From the sequence record PX946180.1: a DNA stretch of 38,310 nt; one strand, written 5' to 3'. The notes beneath the pieces are model-generated. The model saw only the letters and a list, made by a program, of their open reading frames with translations, ran no database searches and had not been told where the DNA came from. The translations under genes and the position numbers were made by a program. Source of the stretch: a phage. Shown here piece after piece: positions 17,185 through 26,161 of the stretch (its first letter is position 1; each line of letters opens with the position of its first letter).

Positions 17185-19356
17185 ATGTTTGACCTTAAGA
17201 GTATCTGGGGTTCTGACATCGAGACCAACGGTCTCCTTGATACAGTCTCCCAGTTCCACTGTGGGGTCCTGATTAACGCCGAGTCGAATGAGACCCTTAA
17301 GTATGGGGTAGCTCCGATGGTCGGTATCGTCGGTGGCTTCAAAGAGTATGTTCAGAAGGTGGAAGAGATTGCCGCATCACCTGATGGTATGCTCGTCTTC
17401 CATAACGGTATCAACTATGACGTCCCGGCTATTGACAAGCTGAAACGTCTGTACTTTGGGAAACGATTTAACTTCCCGAAACACAAGATGATTGATACCT
17501 TGGTGCTGGGACGCTTGATGTATCCAAACATTAAGTTCTCGGACATGGGTGCTGTGAAAGCTGGTCGTCTGCCACCTCAGATGATGGGACGACAGTCTCT
17601 TGAGGCTTGGGGCTATCGTCTCGGTGAGATGAAAGGTGAATACAAACACGATTACGTTGCCAAATGCAAGGCTGAAGGTATCGAATATAAGGCTGGGGAC
17701 GAATGGTTGTTCCCGTCTCAGGAGATGCTGGACTATAACGTTCAAGACGTTGTGGTCACACTGGCGTTGTTCAAGAAGTTCCTGACTGACAAGTATTACT
17801 TCCAGTCTGAACAGTTCGCTTTCGACCAGATTTATGCGTTGCGTCTGGAACATGATGCTGCGTGGACCTGTGCGAAGATGGAACGTAACGGCTATCCGAT
17901 GAACATCGAGATGGTCGAAGGCTTATATCGTGAACTCACCGTCAAACGTGCAGAGCTGCTGGACAAGCTGCGTTCGACTTTCGGTAGCTGGTATGCACCG
18001 AAGGGTGGCAAGGAGTTCTTCAGGCATCCACGGACAGGCAAGGACCTTCCGAAGTATCCACGAGTCGTGTATCCTAAGGTCGGGTCAGTATTCAAGAAGC
18101 CGAAGAACAAAGCTCAACGCTTAGGTCTGGAGCCTTGCGAGTTCGACTCACGAGACACGATGGAGGGAGCACCATTCACGCCAATCACTTACGTTGAGTT
18201 TAATCCGGGAAGCGGAGACCACTTAGCGAAAGTCTTGATGGAGCGTGGTTGGGAGCCTGTGGACTTCACTGACACAGGGAAACCTGTAGTCGATGACGAG
18301 ACGTTAGAACACGTTAAGTTGCCAGACGCAGAGGCTCAGGCTTGCGTAGAGCTGGTCCGTGAGTATCTGGTAGTCCAGAAGCGCATCGGTCAGGCGGCTG
18401 AAGGTAAGAACGCATGGTTGAAACTTGTAGGTCCAGACGGACGTATGCACGGTTCAATCAACCCATGTGGTGCAGTAACCGGACGTGCGACTCATAGTAC
18501 ACCAAACATGGCTCAGGTCCCGGCTAACGGTGCCCCATATGGTGAGACTTGCCGTGGTGCTTTCGGTGCAGCGTGGAACAAGAAGGACGGTAAGTCAGAC
18601 CCTTGGATTCAAGTGGGTGTTGATGCCTCAGGTCTTGAGCTTCGTTGTCTGGGGAACCGAGCGGCTCCGTTTGATGGTGGTGCCTATGCGAAGACTGTGG
18701 TCGAAGGTGACATCCACTGGGCCAACGCAGTAAACGCTGGGTTAGCACCTAACGTCCCACGCGATAAGTCGAGCCACGACCATGATGCTTTCCGTAACAA
18801 CGCTAAGACGTTCATCTATGCGTTCCTGTATGGTGCAGGGGCCGCTAAGATTGGACTGATAGTAGGCGGTGGGAAGAAGGAAGGTTCAGCTCTCATGAAG
18901 AAATTCATTGAGGGCACACCAGCCATCAAGGACCTGCGAGATGCTGTGCAGAACACGCTCATCTCCGAGTCAAAATGGGTAGACGGTGAGAACATCGTGA
19001 AGTGGAAACGTCGCTGGCTAAAAGGTCTGGATGGTAGACGTATTCACATCCGGTCGCCACACTCAGCACTTAACGCATTACTTCAAGGCGATGGTGCGGT
19101 TGTCTGTAAGCACTGGATTGTCGAGACTGAACGTATGCTTGAAGAGGCAGGGTATGTTCACGGCTGGGAGGGAGACTTCGCGTACATGGCATGGGTTCAC
19201 GATGAGTTACAGATTGCTTGTCGTACTCAAGAAATAGCAGAACGTACAGTAGAAATTGCTCAACTTGCTATGCGTAAGGTGGGTGAGTTCTATAACTTTA
19301 AATGTGTCCTTGATACCGAAGGTAAGATTGGACCAACGTGGAAGGAGTGTCACTAA
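17185..19356 (+). CDS. DNA polymerase (T7 gp5-like, family A with 3'-5' exonuclease)
   Basis: 723 aa from ATG 17185 with GGAGG RBS (tracker start 17149 is probably upstream of the true start); collinear with recalled T7 gp5 across exo and pol motifs. Confidence 0.97.
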   Translation: MFDLKSIWGSDIETNGLLDTVSQFHCGVLINAESNETLKYGVAPMVGIVGGFKEYVQKVEEIAASPDGMLVFHNGINYDVPAIDKLKRLYFGKRFNFPKHKMIDTLVLGRLMYPNIKFSDMGAVKAGRLPPQMMGRQSLEAWGYRLGEMKGEYKHDYVAKCKAEGIEYKAGDEWLFPSQEMLDYNVQDVVVTLALFKKFLTDKYYFQSEQFAFDQIYALRLEHDAAWTCAKMERNGYPMNIEMVEGLYRELTVKRAELLDKLRSTFGSWYAPKGGKEFFRHPRTGKDLPKYPRVVYPKVGSVFKKPKNKAQRLGLEPCEFDSRDTMEGAPFTPITYVEFNPGSGDHLAKVLMERGWEPVDFTDTGKPVVDDETLEHVKLPDAEAQACVELVREYLVVQKRIGQAAEGKNAWLKLVGPDGRMHGSINPCGAVTGRATHSTPNMAQVPANGAPYGETCRGAFGAAWNKKDGKSDPWIQVGVDASGLELRCLGNRAAPFDGGAYAKTVVEGDIHWANAVNAGLAPNVPRDKSSHDHDAFRNNAKTFIYAFLYGAGAAKIGLIVGGGKKEGSALMKKFIEGTPAIKDLRDAVQNTLISESKWVDGENIVKWKRRWLKGLDGRRIHIRSPHSALNALLQGDGAVVCKHWIVETERMLEEAGYVHGWEGDFAYMAWVHDELQIACRTQEIAERTVEIAQLAMRKVGEFYNFKCVLDTEGKIGPTWKECH

Positions 19357-19520
19357 TGGCTAAAACTTATAGTGAGCAGGAGGTCAAAGACTTGATGCGG
19401 TCAGCTTGGTGGTGTGGACACGAGGAGTCTCGTTATAGTCCAAACCTCAGTGGTTCATGCAGTCGAGACATCCGTGAAATTCTTAAAGACCATAACGAAG
19501 AAGACGAAGGAGAAATCTAA
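19356..19520 (+). CDS. small hypothetical protein (54 aa)
   Basis: ATG overlaps DNAP stop (TAATG); trimmed from tracker ORF 19338..19520. Confidence 0.4.
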   Translation: MAKTYSEQEVKDLMRSAWWCGHEESRYSPNLSGSCSRDIREILKDHNEEDEGEI

Positions 19521-19792
19521 TGGCTATTACTAAACGCTTGACCTGTAAGTTTGACATGAAGATCGTCTTTACGTCTGAGGACGTTGAGTCATACGCTCTT
19601 GAGCTGGTGGAGCTGACCAAGTGTTATGTCTCCGGTGAGAAAATGGATGGTATGGCCCGTAAGCTGGTAGAGACTGCTGTAGAGCATGGGGTCGAAGCTG
19701 CCATTGAGCTGCACCTGAAGTCTGTTCTGGCGTCAAAACTGAAAGACGAGATGCAAGAGGTCTACAACATCAGCACGAGGTTCAAGCAATGA
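19520..19792 (+). CDS. gp5.5-like protein (assigned by position)
   Basis: 90 aa tracker ORF immediately upstream of the gp5.7 homolog; similarity to T7 gp5.5 not confirmed. Confidence 0.5.
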   Translation: MAITKRLTCKFDMKIVFTSEDVESYALELVELTKCYVSGEKMDGMARKLVETAVEHGVEAAIELHLKSVLASKLKDEMQEVYNISTRFKQ

Positions 19793-19998
19793 GTGAATAC
19801 TTACGGGTCCTAGCGGCCCTTAAGTCCTGCCCGAAGACCTTCCAGTCCAACTATGTGCGCAACAACGCTGCACTGGTGGCTGAGGCTGCGAGTCGTGGAC
19901 ATCTGAGCTGCCTGTCTATGGACGGGCGTAACAACGGTGCGTGGGAGATTACCGCTGCTGGCACCAAGTTCCTGAACCAACACGGAGGCTGTCTATGA
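19789..19998 (+). CDS. gp5.7-like protein
   Basis: 69 aa; LKSCPKTFQSNYVRNNA.LVAEAASRGH.SCL...GRN.GAWEITA.GT.FL...GGC nearly identical to recalled T7 gp5.7. Confidence 0.9.
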   Translation: MSEYLRVLAALKSCPKTFQSNYVRNNAALVAEAASRGHLSCLSMDGRNNGAWEITAAGTKFLNQHGGCL

Positions 19999-20231
19999 GT
20001 GAACTGGATTTACTGAAGAAGTTTGACGAGCTTATGTCACTCCTTAATGGTGAAGAGAACTCAATGGCTGAAGAGTTCCGCGAGGCTTTAGCAGCTAAGT
20101 TAGACCGTGCCGCTGATGATCGACTCTGGCGGGAGTGCTTGGAGTCTGGCGGGGTTGACAACTGGTCTTGGTTCTCTGAGTCACTGTCTGAAGGTGGATA
20201 CTACAAGGAGGACGACGATGACTTCGAATAA
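19995..20231 (+). CDS. acidic hypothetical protein (78 aa) at the gene 5.9 position
   Basis: ATG overlaps gp5.7 stop; strongly acidic, ends EDDDDFE; no sequence match to recalled T7 gp5.9. Confidence 0.5.
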   Translation: MSELDLLKKFDELMSLLNGEENSMAEEFREALAAKLDRAADDRLWRECLESGGVDNWSWFSESLSEGGYYKEDDDDFE

Positions 20232-21087
20232 GAAGATAGCTCTGGTTCTGGATGGTGACTACTTAGTGTTTTCGTCTATGGCTGCCGCAGAGGACGAGAC
20301 AGACTGGGGTGATGACATCTGGACCCTTATCTGCGACCATGAGAAGGCTCGTCGTATCCTTGAGAACACCATCGCTGAAATCGTTAAGAAGCGTAAGGCG
20401 TGGAAAGACGCTAAGATTGTGATGTGCTTTACTGACGATAACAACTGGCGTAAGGATGTTCTACCTACCTATAAGGCCAACCGTAAAGGTTCCCGCAAGC
20501 CTGTAGGTTACAAGAAGTTCGTAGCAGAAGTAATGGCTGACCCACGGTTCAACAGCTTCCTTCGTCCTACGCTTGAGGGTGATGACTGTATGGGTATCAT
20601 CGGGACCAGACCTCAGATTGTCGGATGTGACCATGCTGTTCTGGTGTCCTGCGACAAGGACTTCAAGACCATCCCAAACTGTGAGTTCTTCTGGTTAACC
20701 ACTGGTGAAATCCTGAGTCATACGACTGCCGAGGCAGACTACTGGCACATGGAGCAGACCATCAAGGGTGACACTACAGATGGCTACGGTGGTATTCCGG
20801 GGATGGGTGAGGACACCACTCGTGCGTTCCTTGACGAGCCGTACTACTTCGTGCAGGAGAGCCGTGAGCTTAAGACTGGTAAGAACAAAGGCCAGATTAA
20901 GACCGAATGGAAGAAGTACCCGAAGCGTGAAGACATGACGCTGTGGGACTGCATGGTTACACTGGCTGCTAAGGCTGGCATGACCGAGGATGAACTCCTG
21001 GTCCAAGCTCAGGTCGCCCGTATTTGTCGAGCCTCCGACTACGACCCTAAGTCCAAGGAGGTCATCCTGTGGACACCATCCATGTAG
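20218..21087 (+). CDS. 5'-3' exonuclease (T7 gp6-like)
   Basis: 289 aa from ATG 20218 (tracker ORF 20107 starts upstream in frame); WRK...YKANRK, PVGY, LEGDD.MG, SCDKDFKTIPNC, QTIKGD.TDGY, GKNKGQ and TLWDC match recalled T7 gp6. Confidence 0.95.
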   Translation: MTSNKKIALVLDGDYLVFSSMAAAEDETDWGDDIWTLICDHEKARRILENTIAEIVKKRKAWKDAKIVMCFTDDNNWRKDVLPTYKANRKGSRKPVGYKKFVAEVMADPRFNSFLRPTLEGDDCMGIIGTRPQIVGCDHAVLVSCDKDFKTIPNCEFFWLTTGEILSHTTAEADYWHMEQTIKGDTTDGYGGIPGMGEDTTRAFLDEPYYFVQESRELKTGKNKGQIKTEWKKYPKREDMTLWDCMVTLAAKAGMTEDELLVQAQVARICRASDYDPKSKEVILWTPSM

Positions 21088-21213
21088 TCTACTGGGCAGG
21101 ACTTCTGGCCCTTTACTGTATGTACGAGTGGTTCGGGTCGAACAACCGTCCTAAACACTGAGTCTAACCGATAGTCATATCCTATCAATCCAACAGTCAT
21201 CCATAGGTGAAAC

Positions 21214-21236
21214 ACTAAACTATCACTATAGGGACT
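21214..21236 (+). promoter_or_regulatory. phage RNAP promoter (phi6.5-like), +1 G at 21231
   Basis: CACTAAACTATCACTATAGGGACTT. Confidence 0.8.
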
Positions 21237-21297
21237 TTAGGACCTAAGATATGACTATAAGATAGACTTTAGTCTTAACTTAAAGAGGAGATTCAAG

Positions 21298-21570
21298 ATG
21301 GCGATTAATGCTATTGAAAACGTTGTTAAGCAGTTACAGGAAGAAAGACTTGATGTCCCTAACATCTCCCAGTCTGCCATCCAGTTCCTGCACGTATTGT
21401 TCAACGCAAGCTACGCTGAGAAGATGGGAGCTATTAGTCTCCTCAAGCAGCAAGGCTACAGCGATGCGTTCATTGCCGGGTTCATCAAGGGTCTCCAGTA
21501 TTGTTCTGACACTCTCGACTCTGCGATTGCTATGCGTCGTGAGCTGAAAGATACCGTTCAGTTCGATTAA
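21298..21570 (+). CDS. hypothetical protein (gene 6.5 position)
   Basis: 90 aa tracker ORF with AGAGGAGA RBS; first gene after the promoter at 21214. Confidence 0.6.
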   Translation: MAINAIENVVKQLQEERLDVPNISQSAIQFLHVLFNASYAEKMGAISLLKQQGYSDAFIAGFIKGLQYCSDTLDSAIAMRRELKDTVQFD

Positions 21571-21584
21571 CTGTAGGAGGGACT

Positions 21585-21809
21585 ATGTGTTTCAGTCCAA
21601 AGATTAGCACTCCGAAGCCTTCGGTCCAAGCACCTGAACCAGCACCTCTGAGTGAGGAAGTTGCGTCAGTTGACATCGGGGCTGAATCGGATGTGGACAC
21701 CAATGAGACCAAGGGTATCAAAGACCTTAAGGTTAAGAAGGAGTCTGCACCAAAAGATAAATCGTCAGTGAGCCGCGCTATGCGAGCCTCTGGCGTAAAC
21801 ATGGGGTAA
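21585..21809 (+). CDS. gp6.7-like virion protein
   Basis: 74 aa; N-terminal MCFSPKI.TPK and EPAPL..EV.SV match recalled T7 gp6.7. Confidence 0.85.
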   Translation: MCFSPKISTPKPSVQAPEPAPLSEEVASVDIGAESDVDTNETKGIKDLKVKKESAPKDKSSVSRAMRASGVNMG

Positions 21810-21813
21810 GACA

Positions 21814-22218
21814 ATGCTACCATATCTCAACTCACGCGAAGGTCGCCACATGTGTGCCTGTCGCCTCTGGGAAGACGGGCAGTCTAACTTCAAGTCATTC
21901 GAGGACTTCAAGGCTCATACTTACCGTATGGCTGACGAGTTCGATGGTGAAGAGTACACAATCTACGATGTCGCAGGTCAACCAGTAGCGTATCTCTACA
22001 TGCTGGCTACAGCATCTTGGCACCGACCGACTCCCGGTCTTGACCTTTCAATCGTCGCTATTCGTCGTGACTCGCAGTCCTCCCGCAAGGTTCTTGAGAC
22101 TGTCAGGCATATCATAGACGAAGAGTGCAAGCGTTGGGGTCTTGGCTGGTATTCTCGTGTCAAGCATGTTTCCGGGTCGGTAGACATCGTAACAACTAAG
22201 GAGATTAATCGTGGGTAA
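21814..22218 (+). CDS. gp7-like protein (assigned by position and size)
   Basis: 134 aa tracker ORF between the gp6.7 and gp7.3 homologs. Confidence 0.6.
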   Translation: MLPYLNSREGRHMCACRLWEDGQSNFKSFEDFKAHTYRMADEFDGEEYTIYDVAGQPVAYLYMLATASWHRPTPGLDLSIVAIRRDSQSSRKVLETVRHIIDEECKRWGLGWYSRVKHVSGSVDIVTTKEINRG

Positions 22219-22459
22219 ATCAATCAGTAAGGCTTTCAAGAAAGTGGTGAAAAGTACGTTAGGGACAGTGGGTCTTGGCTCTGACGATGCGCCTAAGGTT
22301 GTTGAGGCTCAGACCCCAGCAGCACCAGTGGAGGTACCGAACGATAAAGTGGAAGATGTGGATACCGAAGCAACCGCATCTGACGAGAAGAAAGTGAAGC
22401 GTTCCGGTAAGCGTAGCCTTCAGGTCTCTCGTACCTCTGGTGGCGGTATTTCTATTTAA
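22211..22459 (+). CDS. gp7.3-like tail/virion protein (GTG start)
   Basis: 82 aa; MGK.. start and C-terminal GKRSLQVSRTSGGGISI match recalled T7 gp7.3 (..SLSVARSSGGGINI); AAGGAG RBS 8 nt upstream. Confidence 0.8.
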   Translation: MGKSISKAFKKVVKSTLGTVGLGSDDAPKVVEAQTPAAPVEVPNDKVEDVDTEATASDEKKVKRSGKRSLQVSRTSGGGISI

Positions 22460-22470
22460 GGAGGTGACGA

Positions 22471-24039
22471 ATGGCTGAACGTGAAGGGTTCGCTGCTGAA
22501 GGAGCCAAAGCGGTCTATGACCGACTGAAGAACGGTAGACAGCCATATGAGACACGCGCTCAGAACTGTGCTGCTGTCACTATCCCGTCACTGTTTCCTA
22601 AGGAGTCCGATAACTCGTCTACTGAGTATACAACTCCGTGGCAAGCTGTAGGTGCTCGCTGCTTGAACAACTTGGCTGCAAAGCTGATGTTGGCGTTATT
22701 CCCTCAGTCACCGTGGATGCGACTAACAGTCTCCGAATATGAGGCCAAGACCTTGAGTCAAGACTCAGAGGCTGCTGCTCGTGTTGACGAAGGGCTGGCT
22801 ATGGTCGAGCGTGTATTGATGGCCTACATGGAGACCAACAGTTTTCGTGTGCCATTGTTCGAAGCTCTGAAGCAGCTTATCGTCTCCGGTAACTGTCTGC
22901 TCTACATTCCAGAGCCTGAACAGGGAACCTACAGTCCTATGCGAATGTACCGCTTAGTGTCTTACGTTGTTCAACGTGATGCTTTCGGTAATATCTTGCA
23001 GATTGTGACTCTCGACAAGGTAGCGTTCAGTGCTCTACCGGAAGACGTGAAGTCACAACTCAACGCAGACGACTATGAGCCTGACACCGAGCTGGAAGTG
23101 TATACGCACATCTATCGTCAGGACGACGAGTATCTACGCTATGAGGAAGTTGAAGGCATTGAGGTAGCAGGGACCGAGGGTTCCTACCCACTTACTGCAT
23201 GTCCATACATCCCGGTACGAATGGTTAGACTTGACGGTGAAGACTATGGTCGTTCTTATTGCGAGGAGTATCTGGGAGACCTGAACTCGCTGGAGACGAT
23301 TACAGAAGCTATCACCAAAATGGCTAAGGTAGCCTCCAAGGTGGTTGGCCTCGTTAACCCGAACGGTATCACGCAACCTCGTCGTCTGAACAAGGCGGCT
23401 ACAGGTGAGTTCGTGGCTGGTCGCGTTGAGGACATCAACTTCCTGCAACTGACGAAGGGTCAGGACTTTACGATTGCTAAGTCGGTAGCTGACGCTATCG
23501 AGCAACGTTTAGGCTGGGCCTTCCTTCTTAATAGTGCTGTTCAGCGTAATGCCGAGCGGGTCACTGCTGAAGAGATTCGTTATGTTGCTGGCGAACTGGA
23601 GGCGACCTTAGGTGGCGTGTACTCAGTACAATCACAAGAGCTTCAGTTACCTATAGTCCGTGTGCTGATGAACCAGCTTCAGTCTGCTGGCATGATTCCT
23701 GACCTCCCGAAAGAAGCGGTAGAGCCTACGGTCTCCACTGGTCTGGAAGCGTTAGGTCGTGGTCAAGACTTAGAGAAGCTGACTCAGGCAGTCAACATGA
23801 TGACCGGGCTACAGCCTCTGCAACAGGACCCAGACATTAACTTGCCGACCCTGAAGCTGCGACTGCTGAATGCCTTAGGCATTGACACCGCTGGTCTGCT
23901 GCTGACTCAGGACGAGAAGTTACAACGTATGGCTGAACAATCAGCTCAAGGAGCTGTGGTCAACGGTGCGTCTGCTGCTGGTTCTACTATGGGTGCTGCT
24001 GTAGGTCAGGGAGCTGGTGAGGACATGGCTCAAGCCTAA
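22471..24039 (+). CDS. portal (head-tail connector) protein (T7 gp8-like)
   Basis: 522 aa; size and position after gp7.3 as in T7 (536 aa); AGGAGG RBS. Confidence 0.9.
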   Translation: MAEREGFAAEGAKAVYDRLKNGRQPYETRAQNCAAVTIPSLFPKESDNSSTEYTTPWQAVGARCLNNLAAKLMLALFPQSPWMRLTVSEYEAKTLSQDSEAAARVDEGLAMVERVLMAYMETNSFRVPLFEALKQLIVSGNCLLYIPEPEQGTYSPMRMYRLVSYVVQRDAFGNILQIVTLDKVAFSALPEDVKSQLNADDYEPDTELEVYTHIYRQDDEYLRYEEVEGIEVAGTEGSYPLTACPYIPVRMVRLDGEDYGRSYCEEYLGDLNSLETITEAITKMAKVASKVVGLVNPNGITQPRRLNKAATGEFVAGRVEDINFLQLTKGQDFTIAKSVADAIEQRLGWAFLLNSAVQRNAERVTAEEIRYVAGELEATLGGVYSVQSQELQLPIVRVLMNQLQSAGMIPDLPKEAVEPTVSTGLEALGRGQDLEKLTQAVNMMTGLQPLQQDPDINLPTLKLRLLNALGIDTAGLLLTQDEKLQRMAEQSAQGAVVNGASAAGSTMGAAVGQGAGEDMAQA

Positions 24040-24057
24040 ACTATCACTATAGGAACA
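24035..24057 (+). promoter_or_regulatory. phage RNAP promoter (phi9-like), +1 G at 24052; transcript starts with a 9-bp stem
   Basis: CCTAAACTATCACTATAGGAACAACG; inverted repeat GGAACAACG (24052-24060) / CGTTGTTCC (24091-24099). Confidence 0.8.
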
Positions 24058-24128
24058 ACGTCTGGTCTACAATTTGTAGGTTTCTAGTCCCGTTGTTCCT
24101 ACCATTTCAATCAAAGGAGAATGACTCA

Positions 24129-25013
24129 ATGTCTCAATCAGTTTATGCCGAGTTCGGCGTTAGCTCTAATGCAATCACTGGTTCCGTTGAGGACCTGAAC
24201 GAACACCAGAAGTCTATGCTTGAACAGGACGTAGCTGTTCGTGATGGCGATGACGCTATTACCTTCAAGCAACTGGAAGCCGAGAACGAAGAGGCGACCG
24301 AAGAAGACGAGAACGTCGAAGAGACTGAAGGTGAAGACGACCACGAGTCCGATGACGAAGAGTCAGAGACCGATGGTGAGCAGCCTGAGTTCATCGAACT
24401 TGGTGATGCACCGAAAGAGCTGACCGAAAGTGTCGCCGCTCTTGATGAAAACGAAGCCGCATTCGACGACATGGTGTCTTCTGCTGTAGAAGCTGGCAAG
24501 GTCACTGCTGATGAAATTACCGCTATCAAGGCCGAATACGCCAAGGACGGTAAGCTGTCTGACGCATCCTACGCTAAGTTGCAGGAAGCAGGTTACACCA
24601 AGCGTTTCGTAGATTCGTTTGTCCGTGGTCAGGAAGCTCTGGCTGAACAGTACGCTGCTGGTGTGGTTCGCTATGCTGGTGGTGCTGAACAGTTTAATCG
24701 CATCCTGTCACACCTTGAGTCTAACGACCCGTCAACTCGTGAAGCACTGGAAGCTGCTATCGTTCGTAAGGACATTGCTACTACCAAAGCTCTGCTGAAT
24801 CTGGCTGGCAAGACTCTGGGTAAAGCTGTAGGCGTCAAACCTCAGCGTACCATCACCACTCAGGCTAAACCTGTGGTCGCACCTAAGGCTCCTCAGACCG
24901 AAGCATTCAGCTCCAAGGCTGACATGATTAAGGCTATGAGTGACCCGCGATACCTGCGTGACGCTAAGTACACGATGGAAGTTCGCGCTAAGGTAGCCGC
25001 CTCAAGCCTGTAG
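24129..25013 (+). CDS. capsid assembly scaffolding protein (T7 gp9-like)
   Basis: 294 aa from ATG 24129 (AAGGAG 9 nt upstream; tracker ORF starts at an upstream TTG); highly acidic middle; SYAKL.E.GYTK.F.DS..RGQEAL.EQY and KAMSDPRY match recalled T7 gp9. Confidence 0.92.
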   Translation: MSQSVYAEFGVSSNAITGSVEDLNEHQKSMLEQDVAVRDGDDAITFKQLEAENEEATEEDENVEETEGEDDHESDDEESETDGEQPEFIELGDAPKELTESVAALDENEAAFDDMVSSAVEAGKVTADEITAIKAEYAKDGKLSDASYAKLQEAGYTKRFVDSFVRGQEALAEQYAAGVVRYAGGAEQFNRILSHLESNDPSTREALEAAIVRKDIATTKALLNLAGKTLGKAVGVKPQRTITTQAKPVVAPKAPQTEAFSSKADMIKAMSDPRYLRDAKYTMEVRAKVAASSL

Positions 25014-25014
25014 G

Positions 25015-25037
25015 ACTAAACTATCACTATAGGGAGA
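25015..25037 (+). promoter_or_regulatory. phage RNAP late promoter (phi10-like), +1 G at 25032; 5' stem-loop in the leader
   Basis: GACTAAACTATCACTATAGGGAGACCA, best match to the T7 class III TATAGGGAGA start; leader GGGAGACC...GGTTTCCC can form an 8-bp stem as in the T7 phi10 transcript. Confidence 0.85.
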
Positions 25038-25139
25038 CCAAGAGAAAGACTCAAGGTTTCCCTATTACTTCAGTCCATACGGATTGGGCATACAGTAAGT
25101 AATAAACTTTATCTTTCAATTGTATAGGAGAATTATCAT

Positions 25140-25839
25140 ATGGCAAACGTTCCGGGTCAGAAAATTGGTACAGACCAAGGTAAAGGCAAATCCAGTTCCG
25201 ACGCTAATGGCTCTCCTGTGTAACCTCCCGGCTGCATCCAACGAGAACATTGCCGGTCTGGGCACTGCGTCAGTACTTGAAGTTGGTACTAAAGCCGACC
25301 TGAACACTCCGGCTAAGCTGGGTGAAGCAATCATCGGTCAACTGACCATTGCTCGTGCGAAGCTGACCTCCAACTACGTTCCTGCTGGCGACCGTTACTT
25401 CTACACCACGCCGGACAACTACTCTGCAATCCTCGCGGCTCTGATGCCGAACGCTGCCAACTATGCTGCGCTGATTGACCCAGAGACTGGTAACATCCGT
25501 AACGTGATGGGCTTCGTTGTTGTTGAAGTCCCGCATCTGGTGCAGGGTGGTGCTGGTGAGACCCGTGGTGACGATGGCATCACTATCGCTTCCGGCCAGA
25601 AACACGCATTCCCGGCGACTGCTGCTGACGATGTTAAAGTTGCTATGGACAACGTTGTGGGTCTGTTCTCTCACCGTTCTGCTGTGGGTACTGTGAAGCT
25701 GCGTGACTTGGCGCTGGAACGTGACCGTGACGTCGATGCTCAGGGCGACCTGATTGTTGGTAAGTACGCTATGGGTCACGGCGGCCTGCGTCCAGAAGCG
25801 GCAGGCGCACTGGTTTTCACAGCGGCGCTGGGGGGTTAA
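25140..25839 (+). pseudogene. major capsid protein gene (gene 10A), disrupted: first 16 codons and last ~205 codons present, ~120 central codons missing, junction out of frame
   Basis: ATG 25140 with RBS encodes MANVPGQKIGTDQGKG (matches the recalled T7 gp10 N-terminus) then stops at 25221-25223 after 27 codons; the +1 frame from about 25213 encodes LCNLPAASNENIAGLGTAS... to the stop at 25839, collinear with T7 gp10A residues ~145-345; only ~810 nt separate the phi10 start site from the capsid stop. Confidence 0.8.
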
Positions 25840-26102
25840 CGACCTTTAAGGCCCTCTCTACAGAGGGTCCTACCTTAGAGATGTACAGTTCTACGGTGGG
25901 GACCAGCCTGAAGGTTGACTTCCCTGAGCTTTCAGATGTGACCGATTGGTCGCTGCTTGAGGTGACTACGCCTGATGGTGTTAGCTACTCCCGTAGAACC
26001 AACAGTCTCTACTTCAAGGCCACCTCTGGCGTGGAAGGTCTAGTGATTGTTGAGTATGACGGTTCGCCTGTGCGTTCCTTCAACGTATCTTTCACAAACT
26101 AA
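25812..26102 (+). CDS. minor capsid 10B C-terminal extension reached by -1 programmed frameshift at GGTTTTC
   Basis: Slippery heptamer G GTT TTC at 25812-25818, five codons before the 10A stop, the same site as in T7; the -1 frame is open from there to the stop at 26102 (tracker ORF 25881..26102 is its 3' part); extension is rich in beta-strand-like residues. Confidence 0.65.
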   Translation, partial: GFHSGAGGLTTFKALSTEGPTLEMYSSTVGTSLKVDFPELSDVTDWSLLEVTTPDGVSYSRRTNSLYFKATSGVEGLVIVEYDGSPVRSFNVSFTN

Positions 26103-26105
26103 TTG

Positions 26106-26148
26106 AAACCCCTTGGGTGCCTTCGGGTGCTTGAGGGGTTTTTTTTGC
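26106..26148 (+). terminator. rho-independent terminator, T7 Tphi equivalent
   Basis: AACCCCTTGGGTGCCTTCGGGTGCTTGAGGGGTTTTTTTT: GC-rich hairpin followed by a run of eight T; directly after the capsid gene as T7 Tphi is. Confidence 0.85.
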
Positions 26149-26161
26149 TTAAGGAGGTCCT

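Noticed and set aside
25120-25839. Tracker ORF (239 aa) read as an intact short capsid gene
   Set aside because: It starts at a non-ATG codon upstream of and out of frame with the RBS-preceded ATG at 25140, and its first ~30 residues have no capsid similarity; the capsid is better described as frameshift-disrupted
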